A model generated the notes under the pieces. It worked only from the letters and a program-made list of their open reading frames with translations. It was not told the DNA's origin and did not search any database. A DNA stretch of 64,000 nucleotides from Lachnospiraceae bacterium. GTDB taxonomy: Bacteria > Bacillota > Clostridia > Lachnospirales > Lachnospiraceae. Where the stretch lies: the NCBI GenBank assembly GCA_045126475.1, contig JBGVOL010000067.1, positions 18,105 to 82,104 of the forward strand, written 5' to 3'. The translations under genes were made by a program, and so were the position numbers. Shown here piece after piece: positions 18,395 through 27,047 of this stretch; position 1 is the stretch's first letter, and each line of letters starts with the position of its first letter.

Positions 18395-18470
18395 ATTTTA
18401 GGATAAAGATAGAATAACTGTAAATCCCCTGCATACAATTTAGAAAACAAGTATTCCGAGGGGACTACTT

Positions 18471-18731
18471 TTGAAAGGATATATTGAGGAGCGTGCTATC
18501 GATATAGCACATTACATAATAGCCAATAATGCCACGGTCAGGCAGGCAGCAAAAAAATTCGGCGTCAGTAAGTCAACCGTACATAAGGATGTAGCAGACC
18601 GCCTTGCAGGGATTCATCCGGCTCTGGCGGCGGAAGCGAGAAAAGTTCTCGACCAGAATAAGGCAGAACGTCATATTCGCGGTGGCATGGCAACGAAGGA
18701 CAGGTACCTAAGAGAAAAAAGTGCAGAATAG
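18471..18731 (+). CDS. spoIIID: sporulation transcriptional regulator SpoIIID
   Basis: IEERAIDIAHYIIANNATVRQAAKKFGVSKSTVHKDV...AERHIRGG matches the SpoIIID HTH family. TTG start. Followed by mbl as in B. subtilis. Confidence 0.9.
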   Translation: MKGYIEERAIDIAHYIIANNATVRQAAKKFGVSKSTVHKDVADRLAGIHPALAAEARKVLDQNKAERHIRGGMATKDRYLREKSAE

Positions 18732-18740
18732 AAAAAGGAG

Positions 18741-18770
18741 AAGAGCGTCTTGTTAACAAGGCGCTCTTTT
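18741..18770 (+). terminator. rho-independent terminator after spoIIID
   Basis: AGAGCGTCTTG / CAAGGCGCTCT stem (one G-U pair), TTAA loop, then TTTTG. Confidence 0.6.
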
Positions 18771-19250
18771 GTGTTCTCCTTCATTAAATGAAAAGGAGTG
18801 GATATGAAGAATGAAAAACATGTATGCAATCTGCAATTGCAACCGATATATAGGAACTCACATGTAATTGTGAGATTAATTCTAGGGGGCATGACAGCTT
18901 GTTCGGCTGTCATGCAGAGTTATGAAAATGTTAAGTTGCATACTATCTTTTTAATAGTATGGTTATAATATAAAGGTAAATTGTGTTGAAAGTGTGTTTT
19001 AAAAATGAAAAAAATATGTTTTATTCATTTTGTTGAAATTACTGCTTTTGAGGATTGATTTATAGACAGAAATGTAAAGAAAAGAGACAAAAATGACGAT
19101 ATATAATTCGAAACTGAAAATTTCCTTAAAAAGTTCTTTCATATTTTAAAGTTATTGTATATAATAAAATGGTTCATTGTGACTAAGTAATTAATTATGC
19201 ATATGGTGCAAGACAATAAATTGTGTTAAGGATTTTGAAAGGAGTTTAAT

Positions 19251-20243
19251 ATGATAGCAACAGATATCGGTATAGATTTGGGAACAGCGAGTATTCTCGT
19301 ATATATCAAGGGCAAGGGCGTAGTTTTAAAGGAGCCTTCAGTAGTTGCATTTGACAGGGATACAAACAAGATAAAGGCAATCGGTGAGGAAGCCAGACTT
19401 ATGATTGGTAGAACACCGGGAAATATTGTTGCAGTAAGACCACTTCGTCAGGGAGTAATTTCCGATTATACAGTTACGGAAAAGATGCTTAAGCATTTCA
19501 TTACAAAGGCCATCGGAAAGAGAATGATTAGAAAGCCTAGAATCAGTGTTTGTGTACCTAGTGGTGTCACAGAAGTAGAGAAGAAGGCGGTTGAGGATGC
19601 AACATATCAGGCAGGTGCAAGAGAAGTGGCTATTATCGAGGAGCCTATTGCAGCAGCAATCGGTGCAGGCATTGACATTGCAAAGCCTTGTGGAAATATG
19701 ATAGTAGATATCGGCGGCGGTACTACAGATATAGCAGTTATTTCACTTGGCGGAACTGTAGTCAGCACATCCATAAAGGTTGCCGGCGATGACTTTGATG
19801 AAGCTATTGTTCGTTACATGAGAAAGAAACACAATCTTTTAATTGGTGAGAGAACTGCCGAGGAGATAAAGATAAAAATCGGTGCTGCATTCCCAAGAGC
19901 AGAAGTTGCCACACTTGACGTAAGAGGACGTAATCTTGTAACAGGTCTTCCAAAGACAATAACAGTTACATCAGAGGAGACAGAAGAGGCACTTCGCGAG
20001 ACTACTTCACAGATAGTAGAAGCTGTTCACGGCGTACTTGAGAAAACTCCACCTGAACTTGCAGCAGATATCGCTGACAGAGGTATCGTGCTTACAGGAG
20101 GCGGAAGCCTTCTTCAGGGACTTGAGGAGTTGATTGAGGATAAGACCGGTATCAATACAATGACTGCGGAAGATCCGATGACTGCCGTAGCTATCGGTAC
20201 AGGAAAATACATTGAGTTTTTAACTGACCATACGGTAAGCTAG
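19251..20243 (+). CDS. mbl: MreB-family rod-shape/actin-like protein (Mbl by synteny)
   Basis: DIGIDLGTASILVY, MIVDIGGGTTDIAVISLGG, GIVLTGGGSLLQGL. Position spoIIID-mbl-flhO-flhP as in B. subtilis. Confidence 0.9.
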   Translation: MIATDIGIDLGTASILVYIKGKGVVLKEPSVVAFDRDTNKIKAIGEEARLMIGRTPGNIVAVRPLRQGVISDYTVTEKMLKHFITKAIGKRMIRKPRISVCVPSGVTEVEKKAVEDATYQAGAREVAIIEEPIAAAIGAGIDIAKPCGNMIVDIGGGTTDIAVISLGGTVVSTSIKVAGDDFDEAIVRYMRKKHNLLIGERTAEEIKIKIGAAFPRAEVATLDVRGRNLVTGLPKTITVTSEETEEALRETTSQIVEAVHGVLEKTPPELAADIADRGIVLTGGGSLLQGLEELIEDKTGINTMTAEDPMTAVAIGTGKYIEFLTDHTVS

Positions 20244-20270
20244 TCGGAACATTTCCTGAAAGGAGAAAGA

Positions 20271-21047
20271 ATGGTTAGAGGACTGTATACTGCTTATACA
20301 GGAATGGTTAACCAGCAGAAGAGACTGGACACCATTACTAATAATCTTGCCAATGCCTCAACAACAGGTTACAAGCGTGAGGGTGCTACAGCCAGAGCGT
20401 TTGACGAGTATATGGGTGTAAGGGTAAATGACCGTACATCTGCATATCAGATTACACCTATAGGTAACATGAGCCTTGGTGTTAAGATTGGCGAGAACTA
20501 CACAGACTATTCACAGGGATCTCTCAGAAATACGGAGAATACCTATGATTTAGCATTAGAGGGAAACGGATTTTTCTCTATATCATTCACCAACAAGCAG
20601 GGCGAACAATCGATAAAGTATACCAGGGATGGTAATTTTACATTAGATGCAGAAGGTGCTCTTCGTACCACTGACGGAGATTATGTTCAGGGCGAAGGCG
20701 GCGATATATACATTCCGACGGAGGCGGTGCAGGTAGCCATAACAACAAGCGGCGACATTTATGCCGACGGAGAGTATATTGATACGATTAAAATAGTAGA
20801 TTTTGAGAATTATGATTATCTTAAGAAGTACGGTGAAAACATGTATGATGCAGTTGACGGAGCTGTGGAGACAGAGCCCAGAGCCGTAGTTCAGCAGGGA
20901 TATCTTGAAGCTTCAAATATTAATGCAGTAAGCGAAATGGTAGAGATGATTACTATTACAAGAGCTTACGAAGCAAACCAGAAAGCAGTCCAGACAGCCG
21001 ATACCATGATTGAGAAGGCTGTTAATGAAGTTGGCAGACTGGGATAA
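20271..21047 (+). CDS. flhO: flagellar basal-body rod protein, FlgF/FlgG family (FlhO position)
   Basis: N-terminal LYTAYTGMVNQQKRLDTITNNLANASTTGYK and C-terminal GYLEASNINAVSEMVEMITITRAYEANQK rod-protein motifs. Confidence 0.8.
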   Translation: MVRGLYTAYTGMVNQQKRLDTITNNLANASTTGYKREGATARAFDEYMGVRVNDRTSAYQITPIGNMSLGVKIGENYTDYSQGSLRNTENTYDLALEGNGFFSISFTNKQGEQSIKYTRDGNFTLDAEGALRTTDGDYVQGEGGDIYIPTEAVQVAITTSGDIYADGEYIDTIKIVDFENYDYLKKYGENMYDAVDGAVETEPRAVVQQGYLEASNINAVSEMVEMITITRAYEANQKAVQTADTMIEKAVNEVGRLG

Positions 21048-21066
21048 AAGATAGGAGGCAGTTAGT

Positions 21067-21888
21067 ATGATGAGAGCACTTTGGACAGCTGCATCCGGTA
21101 TGACTTCACAGCAGACCAATGTAGATGTTATTGCAAACAATTTATCAAATGTTAATACAACGGGTTATAAGACCCAGACAGCACAGTTTAAGACATTGTT
21201 GTATCAGACAATACAGTCAAAGACAACAAGTGCAAACGGGGAGTCAAAGCCTGTGGGAGCGCAGGTTGGTCTTGGCGTAAGAAATGCGTCTATCACAACA
21301 AGCTTCAGACAGGGTTCATTGACACAGACAGACCTCAATACAGATTTTGCCATTGACGGAAAGGCATTCTTTGCGGTGCAGAACCTCGACGGTGAAACTG
21401 TGTATACGAGAAATGGTTCGTTTAACTGGGCTATCGGAGATGAGAACGGTGGCGTGATGCTCTGTACATCAGAAGGTTTTCCGGTTCTTGATACAAACGG
21501 ACTTCCGATTGAACTTGGAACGGAATACAATACAAGTAAAGTAACAATCGATGCAGATGGTAATGTCTGCTATCCTGATGAGAATAATAATCCTCAGCCA
21601 ATCGGCATGCAGATAGGACTTGTGCAGTTTTCAAATCCGAATGGTCTTGAGAAGTCGTCAGGCAGTACATATAAGCAGTCAGATGCGTCAGGCGAGCCTA
21701 TGATGGAAGTTGATGATGATACGCTGCAGAAGTCTAAGATTCGTCAGGGATACCTTGAGGCGTCAAATGTGCAGACGGTTGACGAGATGGTTAACCTTAT
21801 TGTTGCACAGAGAGCATATGAGATGAATTCAAAGGCAATTCAGGCAGCAGATGAGATGCTTGGACAGGCTAACCAGCTTAAGCGATAG
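21067..21888 (+). CDS. flgG: flagellar distal rod protein FlgG (FlhP position)
   Basis: MRALWTAASGMTSQQTNVDVIANNLSNVNTTGYK and GYLEASNVQTVDEMVNLIVAQRAYEMNSKAIQ. Confidence 0.85.
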   Translation: MMRALWTAASGMTSQQTNVDVIANNLSNVNTTGYKTQTAQFKTLLYQTIQSKTTSANGESKPVGAQVGLGVRNASITTSFRQGSLTQTDLNTDFAIDGKAFFAVQNLDGETVYTRNGSFNWAIGDENGGVMLCTSEGFPVLDTNGLPIELGTEYNTSKVTIDADGNVCYPDENNNPQPIGMQIGLVQFSNPNGLEKSSGSTYKQSDASGEPMMEVDDDTLQKSKIRQGYLEASNVQTVDEMVNLIVAQRAYEMNSKAIQAADEMLGQANQLKR

Positions 21889-21902
21889 TTAGGAGGTAAA
21901 AT

Positions 21903-22277
21903 ATGAGTATGTCATTAGATGGTTTATACAACCAGTACAGTGATTTATATACTTCCGCTTCGGCAAAAAATTCTGCGGCAGCAGATAAACTTAAAGATAC
22001 ATTATCCAAAACAGACTACTCAAAGAGCAATGATGATGAGCTCATGGAAGTCTGCAGGGAATTTGAATCATATTTTATCGAGCAGACATATAAGGCACTT
22101 GAAAAAATGGTTCCTGAGAGTGAGGAAGGCAGCGGAATGTCAACATATATGGACTATTTTGGTGATATGCTGACACAGGAGTATGCCAAGAACACAGCCG
22201 AGAGCAACAACGGAAAAGGTCTCGGAATAGCGCAGATGCTCTATGAGCAGATGAAGCGCAACTACGGAATTGAGTAA
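21903..22277 (+). CDS. rod-binding protein (FlgJ N-terminal-domain-like, no muramidase domain)
   Basis: EVCREFESYFIEQTYKALEKM ... GLGIAQMLYEQMKRNY, typical of the Rod_binding domain. Confidence 0.7.
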   Translation: MSMSLDGLYNQYSDLYTSASAKNSAAADKLKDTLSKTDYSKSNDDELMEVCREFESYFIEQTYKALEKMVPESEEGSGMSTYMDYFGDMLTQEYAKNTAESNNGKGLGIAQMLYEQMKRNYGIE

Positions 22278-22310
22278 GCTTCGGATTATTGTACGAGCGA
22301 TTTGACATAG

Positions 22311-22365
22311 AGAGCTGCGTTTTTATTCTGTGCACATACTCCGCAATGAATAAAAACGCAGCTCT
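22311..22365 (+). terminator. long hairpin after the rod operon (probable terminator)
   Basis: AGAGCTGCGTTTTTATTC / GAATAAAAACGCAGCTCT perfect 18-bp stem with a 19-nt loop. No clean T-tract. Confidence 0.5.
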
Positions 22366-22624
22366 ATGTTTAAATATGTGTTTTAGGTAATTCATTGTAA
22401 AAACGGTTGAAAAAACAAAAACAAGAAAAAAGCCGAAATGCCAAGGCTGAAACTACGGTTACAAATATAAAAACTAAGTAATTAATCATATTTTTCTAAA
22501 TGAATCACGGCTGTCGCCGTATAAATCCCGAAATAAAAGATTTAAACCAAAGCAGATTCTCATTTAAAGCTTTTATTTCCGGATTTGCATAGCTATATAA
22601 ATTGTAAATATTAGGAGGTTTCCC

Positions 22625-24859
22625 ATGGATATTGTGGAGGGATATGTAGAGAAAATTGTATATAGAAACTCTGATAACGGATACACGGTTCTCTCCGTAG
22701 ATTATGAAGGTGATGAGATTACCTGCGTGGGAACCTTTCAATATATAAATGAAGGCGAATATGTCGTACTTGAAGGACATTTCAAGACACATGCTTCTTA
22801 CGGAGAACAGCTTGTAGTGGAAAAGTATGAAATAAAGGTACCGGAGGATGAACAGGCTGTTGTGAGATACCTCGGTTCGGGAGCAATTAAAGGCGTCGGA
22901 CCTGCTCTGGCAGACAGAATTGTACGAAGATTTAAGGATGATACCTTTAGAATAATAGAGGAGGAGCCGGAGAGGCTTTCAGAGGTAAAGGGTATAAGTA
23001 AGCGCATGGCTATAGAGATAGCAAGCCAGCTTGAAGAGAAAAAAGACATGAGAAAAGCCATGATATTTCTTCAGCAATACGGAATATCCATGACACTTGC
23101 GGTAAAAATATACAGCAGATACGGTCAGGATATGTACAGGATAATTAAAGAAAATCCGTATAAGCTGGCAGATGATATATCCGGCGTAGGTTTTAAGATA
23201 GCCGATGAGATAGCCGAAAAGGCAGGAATAAGCAGAGATTCGGATTTCAGAATAAAGAGTGCCATACAGTATCTGCTGGCGCAGGCGGGAGCAAACGGTC
23301 ACGCATGTCTGCCGGTTGAGCAGCTTGAAAACATGGCATCACAGATGCTTCTTCTTGAAGATATTGACATGGAGAAGTATCTTATGGACATGCAGCTTGA
23401 AAAGCGGGTTGTCATAAAGAAAAAAGAATTTGAAGACGGCGAACACCAGATGGTATACAGCTCAAATTATTATTATACAGAGCTTAATATTGCAACAATG
23501 CTGTCAAATCTAAATATCAGAGATAATATTCCCAAGGAAAGAATTTTAAAAAAACTTGAAAAAATAGAGTCAGAGGCAGGGATTGAGCTGGATGAACTTC
23601 AAAGACAAGCAGTGATTGAGGCTGTCAACAGCGGAATAATGATTATTACCGGAGGTCCGGGTACAGGAAAAACGACGACTATAAACACGATTATCAAGAT
23701 GTTTGAGTCGGAAGGAATGGAGATAATGCTTGGCGCACCTACAGGCCGTGCGGCAAAGAGAATGACAGAGGCCACGGGTACACCGGCACAGACTGTCCAC
23801 AGAATGCTTGAGTTAAGCGGAGTACCGGATGAAAATAATACAACTGCCATGAGATTTGAGAAAAATGAGCAGAATCCCCTGGAGGCAGATGCAATCATTA
23901 TTGATGAGATGTCCATGGTTGACATGTTTCTCATGCATGCGCTTCTAAAGGCAATACCTGTGGGAACAAGACTTATCCTTGTGGGGGATGTAAACCAGCT
24001 TCCGTCGGTGGGGCCGGGAAATGTGCTTAAGGATATTATCGCGTCTCATATGTTTAATGTTGTGATGCTTACGAAAATATTCAGACAGGCAACTCAGAGT
24101 GACATAGTTATTAATGCACATAAAATAAATAACGGTGAGAAGGTGAGTCTTGACAATAACAGCAAAGACTTTTTATTTGTTAAACGCCTTGAGGCTAATC
24201 AGGTTATCGGTGCTACGCTGACACTTGTAAGGGAAAAACTTCCGAAGTATGTGAATGCGGATGTTATGGATGTGCAGGTGCTGACTCCTATGCGAAAGGG
24301 TGTCCTTGGAGTAGAAAATCTCAATGCCGTACTTCAACAGAACCTTAATCCTAAAAGTGACAAAAAGCGTGAGAAGGAGACAACTGACGGAATATTCCGC
24401 GAGGGCGACAAGGTCATGCAGATAAAGAATAATTATCAGATGGAATGGGAAGTACGGGGAAGACACGGCATAGTGACAGAAAGAGGAATGGGTGTTTTTA
24501 ACGGTGATGTAGGTATTATCAGAACCATAAATACATACATGGAAAATCTTGAAGTGGAATTTGATGATGGAAAGTTTGTTACTTACAGTTTCAAGCAGCT
24601 TGATGAATTGGAACTTGCCTATGCAGTGACTATTCATAAGTCACAGGGAAGTGAGTATCCGGCGGTTGTGCTTCCGCTTCTGTCGGGACCGAGAATGCTT
24701 ATGAACAGAAATTTGTTGTATACGGCAGTTACAAGAGCAAAGAAATGCGTAACAATTGTGGGGACAGGAGCGGCTGTTGATGAGATGATTGCAAATATCA
24801 ATGAACAAAAGAGGTATTCGGGACTGGTGGACAGACTCAGGGAAATAGACAGGATGTGA
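22625..24859 (+). CDS. recD2: RecD2-type SF1B DNA helicase (YrrC-like)
   Basis: N-terminal OB/HhH region, Walker A ITGGPGTGKTT, IIIDEMSMVD, LVGDVNQLPSVGPG, C-terminal AVTIHKSQGSEYPAVV...LYTAVTRAK. Confidence 0.85.
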   Translation: MDIVEGYVEKIVYRNSDNGYTVLSVDYEGDEITCVGTFQYINEGEYVVLEGHFKTHASYGEQLVVEKYEIKVPEDEQAVVRYLGSGAIKGVGPALADRIVRRFKDDTFRIIEEEPERLSEVKGISKRMAIEIASQLEEKKDMRKAMIFLQQYGISMTLAVKIYSRYGQDMYRIIKENPYKLADDISGVGFKIADEIAEKAGISRDSDFRIKSAIQYLLAQAGANGHACLPVEQLENMASQMLLLEDIDMEKYLMDMQLEKRVVIKKKEFEDGEHQMVYSSNYYYTELNIATMLSNLNIRDNIPKERILKKLEKIESEAGIELDELQRQAVIEAVNSGIMIITGGPGTGKTTTINTIIKMFESEGMEIMLGAPTGRAAKRMTEATGTPAQTVHRMLELSGVPDENNTTAMRFEKNEQNPLEADAIIIDEMSMVDMFLMHALLKAIPVGTRLILVGDVNQLPSVGPGNVLKDIIASHMFNVVMLTKIFRQATQSDIVINAHKINNGEKVSLDNNSKDFLFVKRLEANQVIGATLTLVREKLPKYVNADVMDVQVLTPMRKGVLGVENLNAVLQQNLNPKSDKKREKETTDGIFREGDKVMQIKNNYQMEWEVRGRHGIVTERGMGVFNGDVGIIRTINTYMENLEVEFDDGKFVTYSFKQLDELELAYAVTIHKSQGSEYPAVVLPLLSGPRMLMNRNLLYTAVTRAKKCVTIVGTGAAVDEMIANINEQKRYSGLVDRLREIDRM

Positions 24860-24885
24860 GAGAAAGGAATGGGTGAGACGCCGGG

Positions 24886-25626
24886 GTGGATTTAGACAAA
24901 GTTATATATGGGGTTAAAAAGATAAGCGGTATAGCAATGGATGTGGTCTTTCCGAAAAGTTGTCCTATGTGTGATGAGGTCATGGAAAGGGGAAGGCTCA
25001 TTTGTAAAAAATGCGAGCCTAAGCTAGTGTATATTGCTGAACCAAAGTGCAAGAAGTGTGGAAAACAGATTGACAGTGATGAAGCGGAATACTGTGAGGA
25101 CTGCGGGAAGACGAATCATTATTACAGGAAAGGAATAGCAGCATTTCAATACAATGACATGGTAAGCCATTCCATATACAGGTTCAAATATCATAACAGA
25201 AGAACATATGCGGAATTTTACGGAAGTGCAATTGCGGCAAAATACAGAGAAGAAATAGAGCGGTGGCATGCGGATGTCATAATACCTGTTCCCATACATG
25301 AGCGGAAGATGATAAAAAGGGGATACAATCAGGCAGAGCTTATAGCAAAGGAACTGGGAAAAAATCTCGGTATAAAAGTTGACGGAAATTATTTAAAAAG
25401 AGTGGTTAATACACGGCCACAGAAAGAGATGAGCAGAAGCGAAAGAAAGAAAAATATGGAAAAGGCTTTTAAAATAAGTAATTCTGTAGTAAAATATAGG
25501 AAGATTATTTTAGTGGACGATATATATACGACAGGGAGTACAGTGGACGCATGTGCGAAGGTATTGCTGGCTGCCGGAGCTTGTGAGGCTAATTGCGTGT
25601 GCCTGTCTATAGGTCAGGGAATTTAA
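24886..25626 (+). CDS. comFC: ComF-family protein (ComFC-like phosphoribosyltransferase-fold protein)
   Basis: N-terminal zinc-finger cysteines (CPMCDEV...CKKC, CKKCGK...CEDC) and a C-terminal PRT motif ILVDDIYTTGSTV. The start (GTG 24886 or ATG 24937) is uncertain. Confidence 0.8.
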   Translation: MDLDKVIYGVKKISGIAMDVVFPKSCPMCDEVMERGRLICKKCEPKLVYIAEPKCKKCGKQIDSDEAEYCEDCGKTNHYYRKGIAAFQYNDMVSHSIYRFKYHNRRTYAEFYGSAIAAKYREEIERWHADVIIPVPIHERKMIKRGYNQAELIAKELGKNLGIKVDGNYLKRVVNTRPQKEMSRSERKKNMEKAFKISNSVVKYRKIILVDDIYTTGSTVDACAKVLLAAGACEANCVCLSIGQGI

Positions 25627-25648
25627 AAAACTTAAGGAGGTAAAAGAC

Positions 25649-26056
25649 ATGGAGGTAAGAAACTGTAAAGGCTGCGGAAGACTTTTTAATTATATCGGAG
25701 GAGTGCCGTTATGCGGTGATTGTAAAGCAAAGCTTGAAGACAAATTTGTTGAGGTAAAAAGATATATAGAGGATAATAAGCATGCAACCATACCTGAAGT
25801 ATCCGAGGCTATGGATGTAAGCCAGAGACAGATTACACAGTGGATACGAGAGGAAAGACTGGCGTTTGCCGACGATTCGGCTATAACATTAAACTGTGAA
25901 GCATGTGGTGCACCTGTCAGAACGGGACGCTACTGCGAGGCATGTAAGACGGAAATGTCAAGGAATTTTGGCAATATGTATAAGAGTGCGGCTACACCAC
26001 CGTCTCCGACAAAGGATAAGAGAGAGCCTGCAAGAATGAGATACCTTGACGATTAA
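25649..26056 (+). CDS. yvyF: flagellar operon zinc-ribbon protein (YvyF family)
   Basis: CKGCGRLFNYIGGVPLCGDCK...VKRYIEDNKHATIPEVSEAMDVSQRQITQWIREERL. Position comFC-yvyF-flgM as in B. subtilis. Confidence 0.75.
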   Translation: MEVRNCKGCGRLFNYIGGVPLCGDCKAKLEDKFVEVKRYIEDNKHATIPEVSEAMDVSQRQITQWIREERLAFADDSAITLNCEACGAPVRTGRYCEACKTEMSRNFGNMYKSAATPPSPTKDKREPARMRYLDD

Positions 26057-26089
26057 AATTTAACAAAAAAAACGGACATGCAGATGACA

Positions 26090-26125
26090 GCCGGAAGGAG
26101 GAAAAAGACTCCCTCCGGTTGTTTT
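26090..26125 (+). terminator. rho-independent terminator after yvyF
   Basis: CCGGAAGGAG / CTCCCTCCGG stem (one mismatch) followed by TTGTTTT. Confidence 0.55.
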
Positions 26126-26146
26126 AACAAAAATTATAAAAAGATG

Positions 26147-26173
26147 TAAAGAAAAAAATATTTCGACCGATAA
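26147..26173 (+). promoter_or_regulatory. sigma-D (sigma-28) type promoter of the flgM operon
   Basis: TAAA (26147-26150), 15-nt spacer, ACCGATAA (26166-26173). The B. subtilis SigD consensus is TAAA-N15-GCCGATAT. Confidence 0.55.
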
Positions 26174-26227
26174 TATATACAGAAAGCTAATCAGGGCAAC
26201 CTGATAATAAACAAGGAGGCGATGTAT

Positions 26228-26500
26228 ATGCGTATAGATGCTTACAACCAGATATCTCAGATTTATGGGGTTAACGGTAAGATGAAAACATCACAGGCAA
26301 GCCGCGTATCTAAGACCGATAAGGTTGAAATCTCAAGCTTCGGCAGGGATTTACAGATAGCAAAGCAGGCTGTAGCAAACAGCCCTGACGTACGTACAGA
26401 CAAAGTAGAGCAGCTTAAGAGCCAGATTAAGAACGGCACTTATAATGTTGATGCTGACAGCTTTGCAGAGATGCTCCTGCAAAAGTTTTCTGAAATCTAG
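26228..26500 (+). CDS. flgM: anti-sigma-28 factor FlgM
   Basis: Small protein with C-terminal DKVEQLKSQIKNGTYNVDADSFAEMLL. Start set to the second ATG (26228), 8 nt after AGGAGG. Confidence 0.85.
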   Translation: MRIDAYNQISQIYGVNGKMKTSQASRVSKTDKVEISSFGRDLQIAKQAVANSPDVRTDKVEQLKSQIKNGTYNVDADSFAEMLLQKFSEI

Positions 26501-26519
26501 ATGGGAGAGGTAGTATAAA

Positions 26520-27032
26520 GTGGCAAGTTTAATTGATGAACTTATAGATGTTCTCGGAAAAGAAGAAAAAGAATATCAGGACTTGATACTACTCTCCCGG
26601 GAAAAAACTCCCGTGTTGGTTAAGGGAGATTTGGAGAAACTTCAGAAGATAACGGATGCAGAGCAGTTCGTTATAGGGAAAATAAATAAGTTAGAGAAAA
26701 GGAGAACAGAGGTAGTAACAGATATAGCTCTTGTTCTCGGAAAAAACAAGGATACACTTAAAGTAACAGAGATAGCAGAATTGTTGAACAGTCAGCCGGA
26801 AGAACAGAAGAGGCTTCTGGAAATCTACGACAAGCTTAAAGATACCCTGAATAAGATTCAGACAGTAAATGACCTTAACAGGGAACTGGTCAATGAATCA
26901 CTTGATTTTATCAAGTACAATCTGGATCTTTTTAAGAGTGCTTATCAGGAACCGGTGACAGGAAATTATACAAAGGAAGCATCCAATGCTTCAACCGTTC
27001 CCGGTGCAGGAGTATTCGATGCGAAACAGTAA
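26520..27032 (+). CDS. flgN: FlgN-like flagellar export chaperone (YvyG position)
   Basis: All-helical 170-aa protein (LIDELIDVLGKEEKEYQDLILLSREK) between flgM and flgK. GTG start after GGGAGAGG. Confidence 0.65.
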   Translation: MASLIDELIDVLGKEEKEYQDLILLSREKTPVLVKGDLEKLQKITDAEQFVIGKINKLEKRRTEVVTDIALVLGKNKDTLKVTEIAELLNSQPEEQKRLLEIYDKLKDTLNKIQTVNDLNRELVNESLDFIKYNLDLFKSAYQEPVTGNYTKEASNASTVPGAGVFDAKQ

Positions 27033-27047
27033 AGGCGGTGCAGACTT

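Noticed and set aside
18857-18915. Two hairpins (CTCACA-tgtaat-TGTGAG, and GCATGACAGC-ttgttcg-GCTGTCATGC) in the 520-bp spoIIID-mbl intergenic region: a possible sRNA or terminator
   Set aside because: There is no T-tract on either strand and no recognisable promoter. I cannot distinguish them from chance structure without expression or conservation data.
22523-22586. 17-bp imperfect inverted repeat (AAATCCCGAAATAAAAG ... CTTTTATTTCCGGATTT) with a 30-nt loop upstream of recD2
   Set aside because: The stem is AT-rich with a central mismatch and a large loop, so it is probably unstable. No associated motif was seen, and I saw no reason to pursue it.
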